Part shown: positions 19,133 through 28,787 of the stretch, one piece after another | How the letters are laid out: each line of letters opens with the position of its first letter | How positions within the stretch are numbered: position 1 is the stretch's first letter | DNA from: Candidatus Heimdallarchaeota archaeon | GTDB taxonomy: Archaea; Asgardarchaeota; Heimdallarchaeia; Heimdallarchaeales; Heimdallarchaeaceae | Assembly (NCBI GenBank): GCA_030603365.1 | Contig: JAUVXV010000007.1 | Coordinates: 64,001-128,000, forward strand | Length of the DNA stretch: 64,000 nt | Direction of reading: 5' to 3' | Position numbers and translations under genes: made by a program | Notes under the pieces: generated by a model | Told to the model about the DNA's origin: nothing | Seen by the model: the letters and a program-made list of their open reading frames with translations, nothing else | Database searches by the model: none

Positions 19133-20509
19133 ATGATTAAGCCATTAACAGCGATTCTTATTGGGGCTGGAGAGAGGGGGGCTGATGTTTTTGGAGAATA
19201 CGCTTTGAGAAACCCAGACGAAATAAGATTTATTGCAGTAGCAGAACCGCTGGATAAACGAAGAAATTCTTTTTCATCAAAACATTTTATCGAACAAAAA
19301 AATTGTTTTAAAAGTTGGGAACAATTATTTGAAAAGGACAAGTTTGCAGATGTTGTCATAGTAACAACACAAGATCAACTACATTTTCAACCAGCTATTT
19401 TAGCAATGAAAAAAGGATATGATGTTCTCTTAGAAAAACCAATGGCCACTACTTTAGAGGAATGTAAGGAATTGGTAAATGTTTCTGAAAAGACTAGTCA
19501 AATTCTGCAAATAGGTCATGTTTTACGATATACTCCTTTTTTCTCTTCTATCAACAACCTGATAGTTTCAGGGAAGATTGGTGATTTAGTAAATATTTCT
19601 CTCAGAGAAAATGTAGCTTCTTTCCACTATTCCCATTCTTTCGCTAGAGGTAACTGGCATAATAGAGATAAATCAAGTCCCATGATCCTAGCTAAATCTT
19701 GTCATGATCTAGATATTCTATTCTGGTATGCAAACTCCCGTGCAAGCAAAATAAGTTCTTTTGGCTCTCAAGCTCATTTTGGGAAGAGTAACATGCCTGA
19801 AGGAGCTCCAGAATTTTGTATTGAAGGATGTCCCATTTCTAAGAGTTGTCTATATCATGCACCTCGGATCTATCTAGATATAATTCCACTACTTCAGATT
19901 GCTAAACAAGGAAGTAAAGGATTTACAAGATTCATTGCTAAAGCAGTTTTGAGATTTCCTAGGTTGAAAAATATCCCCCCTTTCACCAAAATACGAGATT
20001 ATTCGGGTTGGCCTGTAAGTGCAATATCAGATGATTTGTCAGTTGAAGGAAAGAAGAAAGCATTGCAATCAAACAATTATGGTAGGTGTGTTTATAGAAT
20101 CACTGATCATGATACAGTAGATCATCAAGTTGTAAATGTAGAATTTGAAAACAAAGTAACGGCTACTTTCACTATGCAGGGTTTTTCTCATGAAGAAGGT
20201 AGAACATTAAGAATAGATGGAACAAAAGGCACAATAATTGGTGAATTTCTACATTCAGGAGATAAAATCACTTTCAATGATTCTTTGACTGGAAAGGAAG
20301 AAGTTATTCGTAAAACTGGAATGTCAGATGGTCATGGTGGTGGAGATGAAGGTATAATGAAAGCTTTCATTAGAAATGTTGGTGGGGAGGATAGAACAAA
20401 AGTTTTAACAGATGCAAGAGCATCTTTAGAATCTCATCTTATGGCGTTTGCAGCAGATATTTCAAGATTAGAAGAAAGGGTAGTTAAGATGGATGAAATG
20501 AGAAAATAA
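19133..20509 (+). CDS. Gfo/Idh/MocA family oxidoreductase
   Basis: IGAGERG, LLEKPMA, GHVLRY, KSCHDLD, GHGGGD. Confidence 0.9.
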   Translation: MIKPLTAILIGAGERGADVFGEYALRNPDEIRFIAVAEPLDKRRNSFSSKHFIEQKNCFKSWEQLFEKDKFADVVIVTTQDQLHFQPAILAMKKGYDVLLEKPMATTLEECKELVNVSEKTSQILQIGHVLRYTPFFSSINNLIVSGKIGDLVNISLRENVASFHYSHSFARGNWHNRDKSSPMILAKSCHDLDILFWYANSRASKISSFGSQAHFGKSNMPEGAPEFCIEGCPISKSCLYHAPRIYLDIIPLLQIAKQGSKGFTRFIAKAVLRFPRLKNIPPFTKIRDYSGWPVSAISDDLSVEGKKKALQSNNYGRCVYRITDHDTVDHQVVNVEFENKVTATFTMQGFSHEEGRTLRIDGTKGTIIGEFLHSGDKITFNDSLTGKEEVIRKTGMSDGHGGGDEGIMKAFIRNVGGEDRTKVLTDARASLESHLMAFAADISRLEERVVKMDEMRK

Positions 20510-20571
20510 AGGATTAGTTTGACGATAAATACAAATAACCAAAAGAAATTATAGTTATAAGGGAAGAATGC

Positions 20572-21183
20572 TTGATGATACAAAATATAATTATAACACA
20601 TCATAGTGGGCTACCTCTTTTTGGACGATCGTTAATGTGCCATATAGGAGTGCATTGTGCAGATTTATCAAAGGATAACACATTTACAGATGAAACTTTG
20701 TTGAATTCTGCTCTATTAAATGCAATGCTTATTTTTGATCAAGCAAATCCTAATGATTTCCATGAATTTGAAATGGAAAAAGCAAAAACGCTAACATTTC
20801 CCACAGAAAAAATTACTGTTATAATGTATGCAGATCCAGAAGACAATTTAGAACAATATAAGAACAGATTAAGATTGTTTGCTGACTTGTTTACAAAGCA
20901 ATATGGGTATCTTCTAGATGATTTCTCCGGAGATGTCAGCCCATTTGGAGATTTTCAGAATATTATTGTAAAGGAAGGCTTACTTGAAGAAGGAGAAAGA
21001 TTCAGGAAAAATTGTGTTGAGTGTACTTATGACAAACATTGTGCATTTAGAATCACTGTTGCCGCACCCAATAAAACATTTAAAGAGATTTTTGATTCTA
21101 TTTATCCAAGTAGCATCTTCAAGAAAATGTGGTTGATTCTTATTGGTATGTTTAAGCCAAAATATTTTCCATTATATTCTTAA
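20572..21183 (+). CDS. Longin-like domain protein with Cys/His clusters
   Basis: MIQNIIITHHSGLPLFGR start, LNSALLNAM helix, F...Y...L..FSGDVS.F..F; CHIGVHC insert and CVECTYDKHC. Confidence 0.6.
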   Translation: MMIQNIIITHHSGLPLFGRSLMCHIGVHCADLSKDNTFTDETLLNSALLNAMLIFDQANPNDFHEFEMEKAKTLTFPTEKITVIMYADPEDNLEQYKNRLRLFADLFTKQYGYLLDDFSGDVSPFGDFQNIIVKEGLLEEGERFRKNCVECTYDKHCAFRITVAAPNKTFKEIFDSIYPSSIFKKMWLILIGMFKPKYFPLYS

Positions 21184-22184
21184 TTAGCTTTATTCCTTTT
21201 GTTAGTTTTCTTATTCTTTCTATAATAAGGAGAACGAAATATAAGAAATAATTGTGCTAATGGACTAACCAAACCTATGAGGAATCTACGGAATTTTATA
21301 CGACTTTCGAACTCTTTTGCAAAGCCTTCCATCGTATATCTTTGATATTGTAAAATTCCTTGAGAATCGTCAGTATACAACCAGTCTGTGTGAAACCAAT
21401 CTTTATCATGTTGAGGTTCTTTAAAACATTCTCTGGGGATAGGACCAACTCCAAAAGATTTTAACAATCTTGTTATATATTCACCAGCAAGCATTTGACA
21501 TTTTTCTCCCCCTGCTAAATTCATTATTTTGTGATTGATATCTACATTAATTGCATTCACACATGCTAACCCAACATCCCAAGTATGAATAAATTCTAAT
21601 CGTTGATCGAAAGGTACTTCAAACATCAGAGAAGGTATTTTCATTGGCATTCTGAGTGAAGGAACAGCTGTTAATCGCAAAATTATCCAATCTAAGGAAC
21701 TTGCTTGAAGAATTTTTTCCATTTCCCATTTCTGAAAAGCATAAAGATCATGAGAGATAGGTACTATTTCATCTGTAACATATCTTGGGGGAGGCATATG
21801 CATTTTAGAGCCATAGATAGCTAAAGAACTAGTAAAGATGATTTTAGGTTTCTTCTCAAGTTTTTCAGCTGCATCAACAAGATTCTTCATACCCCCTGCA
21901 TTAACCTCGGTAGCATAATCTGGATTTTCATCAGCTTCGGGAGGAATAATTGCTGCTAGATGGATTACATAATCCACGTCTTGTACGATTCTTTCTACAT
22001 CTGTTTTGTTTCGAATATCTCCCCAAATAGTCTTAAAATTACCTTTCTTTGACATGATTTTTTGAATTTTTTTAGTATGTTTAGTCTTCTTATCAAAACA
22101 TCTAACATCATATCCACGTTCTAATAGAAGTCCTAGTGTACTCTCACCTACATTCCCAAATGGACCTGTTAATAAAATCTTCAT
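21180..22184 (-). CDS. Extended SDR, NAD-dependent epimerase/dehydratase (3-beta-HSD-like)
   Basis: TGPFGNVG, HLAA, TSS, YAFQK (YxxxK). Confidence 0.85.
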   Translation of the reverse strand: MKILLTGPFGNVGESTLGLLLERGYDVRCFDKKTKHTKKIQKIMSKKGNFKTIWGDIRNKTDVERIVQDVDYVIHLAAIIPPEADENPDYATEVNAGGMKNLVDAAEKLEKKPKIIFTSSLAIYGSKMHMPPPRYVTDEIVPISHDLYAFQKWEMEKILQASSLDWIILRLTAVPSLRMPMKIPSLMFEVPFDQRLEFIHTWDVGLACVNAINVDINHKIMNLAGGEKCQMLAGEYITRLLKSFGVGPIPRECFKEPQHDKDWFHTDWLYTDDSQGILQYQRYTMEGFAKEFESRIKFRRFLIGLVSPLAQLFLIFRSPYYRKNKKTNKRNKAN

Positions 22185-22480
22185 AAACTAATCCTCTGGC
22201 TAGGTTTCAGAGACAAAAGTTCTTTTATTTAATATTTGCTCTGAAATGATTTTGGTTTTTTAGAATTAGTATTCCAATAAAAGAAAAATGAAGGAAGAAT
22301 GAATACTCTAGTAGTGATGGTGTGATAGTTAAATTTCCTTTTTTCTTTTTTTTAGTTTTTTGTTAGACAGTCCCAAACACTTTAATCTCATCATTTTTAT
22401 CGGATTCCTTCTCCTGTGCAAAAGATTTAAATTCCATAAGTGTATAGTTTAACGATTCAATCATCTTGATAGGTTAGAAT

Positions 22481-23743
22481 ATGAAAAGGCAATCAAAACA
22501 ATCCAAAGTTTCAATTAGAAGATTTTTGTGTGTTTTATTTTTAATTTTAGGAATAAGTATATTCTCAAGTATGAGAGTAAATTCTACAACTATACCTTCT
22601 AACCCACCATCTTACTCCTCACTTACCCCACATGATCCTATATCCATTAGTTCTGATAGTTACTTTGCGATTTTTCCAGGAACAGGAACGAAAGAAGATC
22701 CTTATGTTATTGAAGGATATGAAATTATAACATCACAAAATAGAGGTATTTATATCACTGGCACAACGAAACATTTTACTGTTCGTAACTGCTATGTTGA
22801 AGCAAGATGGAGTGGCATTTATATCGGTACTGTAGCTGATGGAACTGCAACTGTCATCAACAACACTTGTAACAACAATGAAAACGGCATCAATCTTCAC
22901 TCTTCTGATTGTGTCGTTACTTACAATCTTGTACAAAAAAATATAGACTATGGAATCTGTCTATCTTCTTCTGCTGACAACAACATTATTCACCATAATA
23001 TTTTCGTAGATAATAACTTAGGAAGTTCTTCTCAAGCTATTGATAATGGAAAGAAAAACAAATGGTATGACACTGAGACAAAAGAAGGGAATTATTGGTC
23101 AGACTTGGGAGATGAATGTACATATAAAATTGATGGTGATGCTCATTCTAAAGATTTATATCCATTAAACAGAGCACAATCTTGCCTAAATCCTATTACT
23201 ATGACAATACTCACTATTGTCCTACCTTTACTAGTTGGAGTTGCTATTCTGGCGTTTGTAGTACCGAAGTATGCCATTCCCTATACTCGAAAAACCATCA
23301 TACCCTATTTTCGCAAAAGAAAAGCTGAAAGACAAGATCGAATAGCAAAATTGTTGTTCTGTCCTAACTGCAGGAATAGTGTTAAATTATCTTCAACATT
23401 CTGTGAAAACTGTGGAACAACTCTTCCAAAGAGAAAGAGATTCGTACTCAGCAGAAAAAGAATGTTACTCTATAAAAGTAAATTAATAGAAAGTTCTAAT
23501 GAAGAATTGATGAAACAGCTGATAATTAATATTGTCATAGCTATTCTTTTTGTATTGGTAATCTCTACTGAAATAGTTTTTGTGATAATTCTGGGGGGTT
23601 TTTTAGCTGCTCATGGTGGGCCTGGTTTTTTAATCGGAGGAATTATTTTAGCACCAATCTTGATAATGCCGCTCATCTTTTTCACCATTCCTAGATTTGC
23701 TGCTTTATTGTCAGAGAAAAAGACAAGGAGAAGAAAGAAATAG
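22481..23743 (+). CDS. PbH1/NosD-like ectodomain + TM + zinc ribbon + 2 TM protein
   Basis: HDPISI...GTGTKEDPYVIE, GNYWSD, TM ILTIVLPLLVGVAILAFVV, CPNC...CENC, two further TM helices. Confidence 0.75.
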   Translation: MKRQSKQSKVSIRRFLCVLFLILGISIFSSMRVNSTTIPSNPPSYSSLTPHDPISISSDSYFAIFPGTGTKEDPYVIEGYEIITSQNRGIYITGTTKHFTVRNCYVEARWSGIYIGTVADGTATVINNTCNNNENGINLHSSDCVVTYNLVQKNIDYGICLSSSADNNIIHHNIFVDNNLGSSSQAIDNGKKNKWYDTETKEGNYWSDLGDECTYKIDGDAHSKDLYPLNRAQSCLNPITMTILTIVLPLLVGVAILAFVVPKYAIPYTRKTIIPYFRKRKAERQDRIAKLLFCPNCRNSVKLSSTFCENCGTTLPKRKRFVLSRKRMLLYKSKLIESSNEELMKQLIINIVIAILFVLVISTEIVFVIILGGFLAAHGGPGFLIGGIILAPILIMPLIFFTIPRFAALLSEKKTRRRKK

Positions 23744-23874
23744 TTCCTTTGCTACTCACAATAAGTATCTCTCGAAAAAGACGAAAAATAGAATAAGAAA
23801 CTACCATTTCTTTTTTTCCCACTTTTTATTTTTCCTCATTGATTTTTCTTCTGATAAAATACATTAAATAAGAG

Positions 23875-25629
23875 TTAGAAAAGATACTTCACTTTCCACT
23901 CTTTTTTAGGAAACATGTAATTGAAAGTGAAAACAAGAAGAACTAAGCAGACAGCTTCACAAGTGAAAATTAGCCAATATCCAACAACAGCTGAAAAAAT
24001 AAACATAACCATCATTAAAGATATTAGAAGTATAATAAGAACATATTTAGAGAATTTATATTATCCTCTGATTTCTTCAACGACATATTTGTGCTTGAAC
24101 TTACCAAATAAACGAACTTTTAGTAGAAGTCCAGCTACACCAATTATCGGAAAAACAGGTAAGAAGGATAAGGTAAGATACAGTGTTCCAATGAAAATGG
24201 GTGTTTTAATCATTACTAGAAGAGACAGAAGCATACCAATTACTATTGTTCCGAAGAAATATGGAATTTTAGATTTCATCTTGTCTCTTTCGTTGATTGG
24301 TAGAGCTGCCATGATTGTTTCTCCTCCCGTTTCTATAGTTGTTGTACTAACAATCATGGCCATTGTATTTGTCAGTACATAAATCATCATGATAATAAAA
24401 TATGCAGTTACTGTCGTGTTTCCATAGATTACATGAAAGTCTTCAACATAACCAGTAAGTGCAGTATAAATTGGCATCATAATCGGTAATATGAGAACAA
24501 CAATTTGTTGCATTTCTCTTGTGACAATTGAAAGATCACGTTTCATAAAAGCCCTAACTGGAGGAAGATTTTTAGTAGAAATGTCTTCTACTTTTGTTTT
24601 TCTTCTTATGATTTCCTTTCTTTTTATTTCAGGAGATGAAATGTTTCTTAATATAGTAAGAGCTTTTCTAATTACTAAGAAAGTAATTAAACAATAGAAT
24701 AAAAATCCAATAACAGAACCAACTATTGTTAGTGGGGCTACACCGTTAAAATCTAAAACAAACATTGATAGTAGATATCCACTTGAGAAAGGATATGGAA
24801 CAAACGAAAGTATGTTACTAATTAAGGTTGAATCTTTAATAGATAATCCGTTCAAGCCATAAAAAGCATCTAAATTCTGTATACCAATATTTACTGCTCC
24901 TATAATAAACATTGACACAAAGAAATAAGCAAACATGGTTCCAATTCGAATAAAACTTGCTTTTTTTGATGCAAAATCATACTCTTCCATCACAATAGCT
25001 AGTTTTCGTGATAAGATAACCAATATACCAATGTTAAAACATGTGTTAACCAAAGAAAGAACTATACTTATTAGAAGAATAGCAACTATTTTCCAGATAC
25101 TAATATAAGGTCCAATTGTCAAGCTTATAACTACAGTCATTCCAATCGGTAAGACAAGTGTCATGGCAATTAGTTGAACATTGATACTTCTAACGAAAGT
25201 TAGTAAACCTATTTTTTCGATTTCCTTTCTGCTGAATGGGAGTGTGTGTATCCATTCGTAAGGTCCACCAGACATTATTCCCCAAGCTAGCATTAAAGCA
25301 AATACAACCAGAATTACAAGTTGAACAAAGAAGAAGGCACCATTAACAATACCACTAGCAAAATTAAGCCATTCAAATGAAGAACCTTCAGATAATTGTC
25401 GATACATTGAAGAGACTGAAACAATAGGGATAAAAGTTAGTGAAGCGATATATATTGTTGCTAGAAATTTATAGATTATATCTGGAGATCTTGCTATTCT
25501 ATCTTTTTCAATTCTTTCCAGATATCTCTGCTGATTACTTCCAGCAGATTGAAGTTGAGCGTGAAGCACCGCTTCTTTATAGACTCTTTTAGAAGCTTTG
25601 TACAGTTCTTTATTTCTCAGAAGAATCAC
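23875..25629 (-). CDS. ABC-2-type transporter permease with an in-frame TAA at 24061-24063 (possible pseudogene)
   Basis: Multi-TM ORF overlapping the ABC ATPase stop. After the TAA the same frame continues for 61 codons with two more TM helices (YKFSKYVLIILLISLMM...YMFPKKEWKVKYLF*). Confidence 0.75.
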
Positions 25630-26432
25630 TTCTTTTTATCATTATGAAACATCTTCCTAAGATTTTGAATAATATGATTCACTGACTCATCTTGTTGAGT
25701 TAGTTTAAGAAAAATCGTTTCCAGATCAGCACCTGCCTTATCTGCCAGTTCTGAGAGTTCTTTTACTGTACCTAAAGCAACAAGTTTACCTCTATCCAGG
25801 ATAGCTATTCTATCACACATATCCTCTGCAATTTCAAGAATGTGTGTAGAAAAAATAACTGATCCTCCTCTTTCACTATGAAGTTCTATAATCTCTTTTA
25901 CGACTTTGGCAGATTTCGCATCTAAACCTGTAAGTGGTTCATCTAGAATTAGTAAATCTGGATCATGAATTAAAGAGGCTATAACTTGCATCTTCTGTTT
26001 ATTTCCTCGAGAAAGTGTAGCTACAAGTTTTTCATAATATTCAACAGCCTCCAAACTCTCTAGATAATAACGAAGCTTTTCTGTGGTTTCAGCTTCATCT
26101 AAATTACGTATTGAAGTAATGAAATCAAATAACATTCGAGGTGTCATTGACTTATAGATTAGAGGATCTTCTGAAACATATCCTAGTCTTTTTTTAATCT
26201 CTATTTCTTCTTTCTCAGGATGGAGTCCGAAAACCTCAATATCACCTTGATCTAATTCCAGAAGCCCTAAAAGCAATTTCACAGTTGTAGTTTTACCTGC
26301 TCCATTGGGTCCTAACAACCCAAATATTTCTCCAGGTTTGACTTCAAAAGACAAATTATTTACAGCTACAACGTCACCAAAACTCTTAGTAATATTTTGT
26401 ACTTTAACCATTGGTTCTAATTCAACATTCAT
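25626..26432 (-). CDS. ABC transporter ATP-binding protein
   Basis: Walker A GPNGAGKTT, signature LSRGNKQK, Walker B LILDEP, H-loop STH. Confidence 0.95.
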   Translation of the reverse strand: MNVELEPMVKVQNITKSFGDVVAVNNLSFEVKPGEIFGLLGPNGAGKTTTVKLLLGLLELDQGDIEVFGLHPEKEEIEIKKRLGYVSEDPLIYKSMTPRMLFDFITSIRNLDEAETTEKLRYYLESLEAVEYYEKLVATLSRGNKQKMQVIASLIHDPDLLILDEPLTGLDAKSAKVVKEIIELHSERGGSVIFSTHILEIAEDMCDRIAILDRGKLVALGTVKELSELADKAGADLETIFLKLTQQDESVNHIIQNLRKMFHNDKKK

Positions 26433-26520
26433 CACAATCTTCCCACAAGACAAAAGAGGAACATCCCTCTACGATGATTTAGAGAAAGACACTTATTAAT
26501 ATTTACAATCAAAAGCCCAT

Positions 26521-27930
26521 TTAAATCAGCTTCATTAAAAGAGGATTACGCTTAAGTGCTAATCCTATTGCCTTATTTACAAAACTTTTAGGAAAACCTG
26601 AATGCTCGAATAAATTTTGAAAAAGTAATTCTGCTTGCTCTTGCGAATAAAGAGAGAATGAAGTGATAATATATGACATTGAAACTAGTTTTCTTAATTC
26701 ATTAAAGATTTCAATTGCAGTTTTATTAATATCTTTATCAATATTCTTCTCATATAATCCAAAAAAGTACTCACTTGCTTGATGACCTTTAACACTACCT
26801 TCAATGAGATTGATAACAACTATCTCACCAAGCTGATTTTTTGTTAGGATAAGTTTATCAAAGAGTTCTTTGTTCATCCCACATAATCCAACATCAAGTT
26901 CTGAAACAATATTAATTGCATCTTCTTCATTATCTACCCATCCTTTAACTTTTATTGCGAGGTGTTGGTTGAAAATTGAGAGTGTATCAATTGTTATCTT
27001 AACTGTTAATTTATCACCTACAACAATCACTTTTTTTCCTGTTGTTACGGAATACAATACTTGATCTAGATTTTTTAATATAGCATTTGAAAGATACGCT
27101 AATGATAATTCCTCAACATCGGTATGAGTAAAATGGTTCCCAGAATCTTCTATATTTTGAATAAGATCGAGAACATCTAACATTTCAAATCTATAATCTT
27201 GATCAGATAGAATACGCAGTTTCTCCTCAATCAAAGGAAACAATCTGAAAACTGTATGATCTAACTCTGGAGAAAACCTCAGTATTCCTACGTTTGTCCT
27301 CATTTCATCCTTCTCAATAACTAATAGTTCTGAAGTTTTTTTCTCAGGAACAAATAACAGAAGTCCTGTTAACTGATTTTCAAAATCATATTTGATTCTA
27401 TGGTTAATAATCATATCAAGTGTTTCTTTGGCTTCTACTTTTTTACCAACAGATTCAATTATTTCAGTGTCTGTTTCATCAAAATGAATCAAACTAAACA
27501 CCTTGGGTTCTGATTCTCGTAAAGGATTTTTAGAGAAGAATAGAGGTAAATTGTAGATATCATGCAAAATGTGTTCGAGTATTAGAGCTGCTTCTCCTTC
27601 AGAAATCAGATTTTCATCCCTATCTTCAAGCAAAGGACTTGCACTGAAATGAATTTGTTCCAGGATTTGTTCAAGATGTCGCTCTGAGAATAGAGTTTCT
27701 TCTACTTTAGTTTCAAGAATAAAAATAAAATCATAAACTTCAACAAAGGAGATGTTTTTGTCATGATAAGAAATTGATTGAAGTTCTTGACGGTGAACTT
27801 CTTTAGCGAAAGTGATAATTGCACTAATCAAACCTGAGGCTAAGATGTGCCTAGTATCATCAGCTGATTCGGGTTTAGTAGCTAACAACAATCCTGAACC
27901 TGAAACCAGTGAAAGTTGCAAGTTTCGCAT
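26521..27930 (-). CDS. Longin + cDENN/dDENN-like protein, paralogue B
   Basis: N-terminal SGLLLA...LASGLISAIITFAKEV longin motif; NLDQVLYSVTTGKKVIVVGDK..VK..ID.LSIF cDENN-like motif. Colinear with 28788..30194. Confidence 0.65.
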   Translation of the reverse strand: MRNLQLSLVSGSGLLLATKPESADDTRHILASGLISAIITFAKEVHRQELQSISYHDKNISFVEVYDFIFILETKVEETLFSERHLEQILEQIHFSASPLLEDRDENLISEGEAALILEHILHDIYNLPLFFSKNPLRESEPKVFSLIHFDETDTEIIESVGKKVEAKETLDMIINHRIKYDFENQLTGLLLFVPEKKTSELLVIEKDEMRTNVGILRFSPELDHTVFRLFPLIEEKLRILSDQDYRFEMLDVLDLIQNIEDSGNHFTHTDVEELSLAYLSNAILKNLDQVLYSVTTGKKVIVVGDKLTVKITIDTLSIFNQHLAIKVKGWVDNEEDAINIVSELDVGLCGMNKELFDKLILTKNQLGEIVVINLIEGSVKGHQASEYFFGLYEKNIDKDINKTAIEIFNELRKLVSMSYIITSFSLYSQEQAELLFQNLFEHSGFPKSFVNKAIGLALKRNPLLMKLI

Positions 27931-28024
27931 AGTTATTTCATTTAAAGTATCATTTAAGTAAATTTCTTTAGTGCTAATCCATTGAGAAAGATTTTTTTTT
28001 GGAAAGAAAATATCTTAATCCCGA

Positions 28025-28780
28025 ATGAAAACTAGCACTATCCTCTATCAAGAACTAGTTCATAATGCTTGGGCTGCAGAGCATAATGTTCTCTATAAAG
28101 GATGGATATTAAGACTATCAGAAGGGATTACACAAAGAGCAAATAGTGTTCTAACAATCAGATATCTGGGAAATGATGTAATAACTGATATTCGTAATAT
28201 AGAAAATATATTTCAGAGTAGAAATCTTCCGCCTATTTTTCAAGTAGCAGATTATTTTGAACCTTCTAATCTAATTAAAATTTTGATTGGTGAAGGATAT
28301 CATGCCAGAGATGAAACTATAGTTATGAGTAGAAGTACTGAAATATCACAGAATATTGAAAAAAATGAAAATTTGACTTATTTGATTGAGGAAGGAGTCC
28401 CAGATATATGGTTTAAATCATTAACTAAATTTAGTTCCTCATCTGAAATAAGGATTAAAGGTATCGAGAATATAATTAGCAGATCTTCTGCAGAGAAAAT
28501 AACATGTTTTGCTCAAGATGGTAATGAGATAACAGGAATAGTTTTAGGACTTAGGGAAGGAGATTATATTGGGATATATAATCTAACAGTGGATTCCCAA
28601 AGAAGAAGAGAAAGAATCGGTAAGAGCATAATGTTGAAACTAATGGATTGGGCACACAAAAGCAATATAGGGGTGGTTTATCTTGCTGTAGAAGATGACA
28701 ATGTAGGTGCTCGAAAATTATACCAAAAGCTGAATTTTGAAGAGAAATTCAAATACAGATATTTTGTTAGAGAAGAATAA
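28025..28780 (+). CDS. GNAT family N-acetyltransferase
   Basis: NAW.A...GW.LR...G.T.RANSV N-terminus; V....RR..IG and N.GA.KLY.KL.F motifs. Confidence 0.88.
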   Translation: MKTSTILYQELVHNAWAAEHNVLYKGWILRLSEGITQRANSVLTIRYLGNDVITDIRNIENIFQSRNLPPIFQVADYFEPSNLIKILIGEGYHARDETIVMSRSTEISQNIEKNENLTYLIEEGVPDIWFKSLTKFSSSSEIRIKGIENIISRSSAEKITCFAQDGNEITGIVLGLREGDYIGIYNLTVDSQRRRERIGKSIMLKLMDWAHKSNIGVVYLAVEDDNVGARKLYQKLNFEEKFKYRYFVREE

Positions 28781-28787
28781 ATGAATA

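Noticed and set aside
12346-22184. A sterol-pathway cluster linking the ERG24-like gene and the 3-beta-HSD-like SDR
   Set aside because: About 8 kb apart with unrelated genes between; extended SDRs are too generic to assign a sterol substrate.
9018-23743. NosD-like genes as evidence of N2O reduction
   Set aside because: Generic beta-helix surface proteins with TM anchors; no nosZ or nos cluster.
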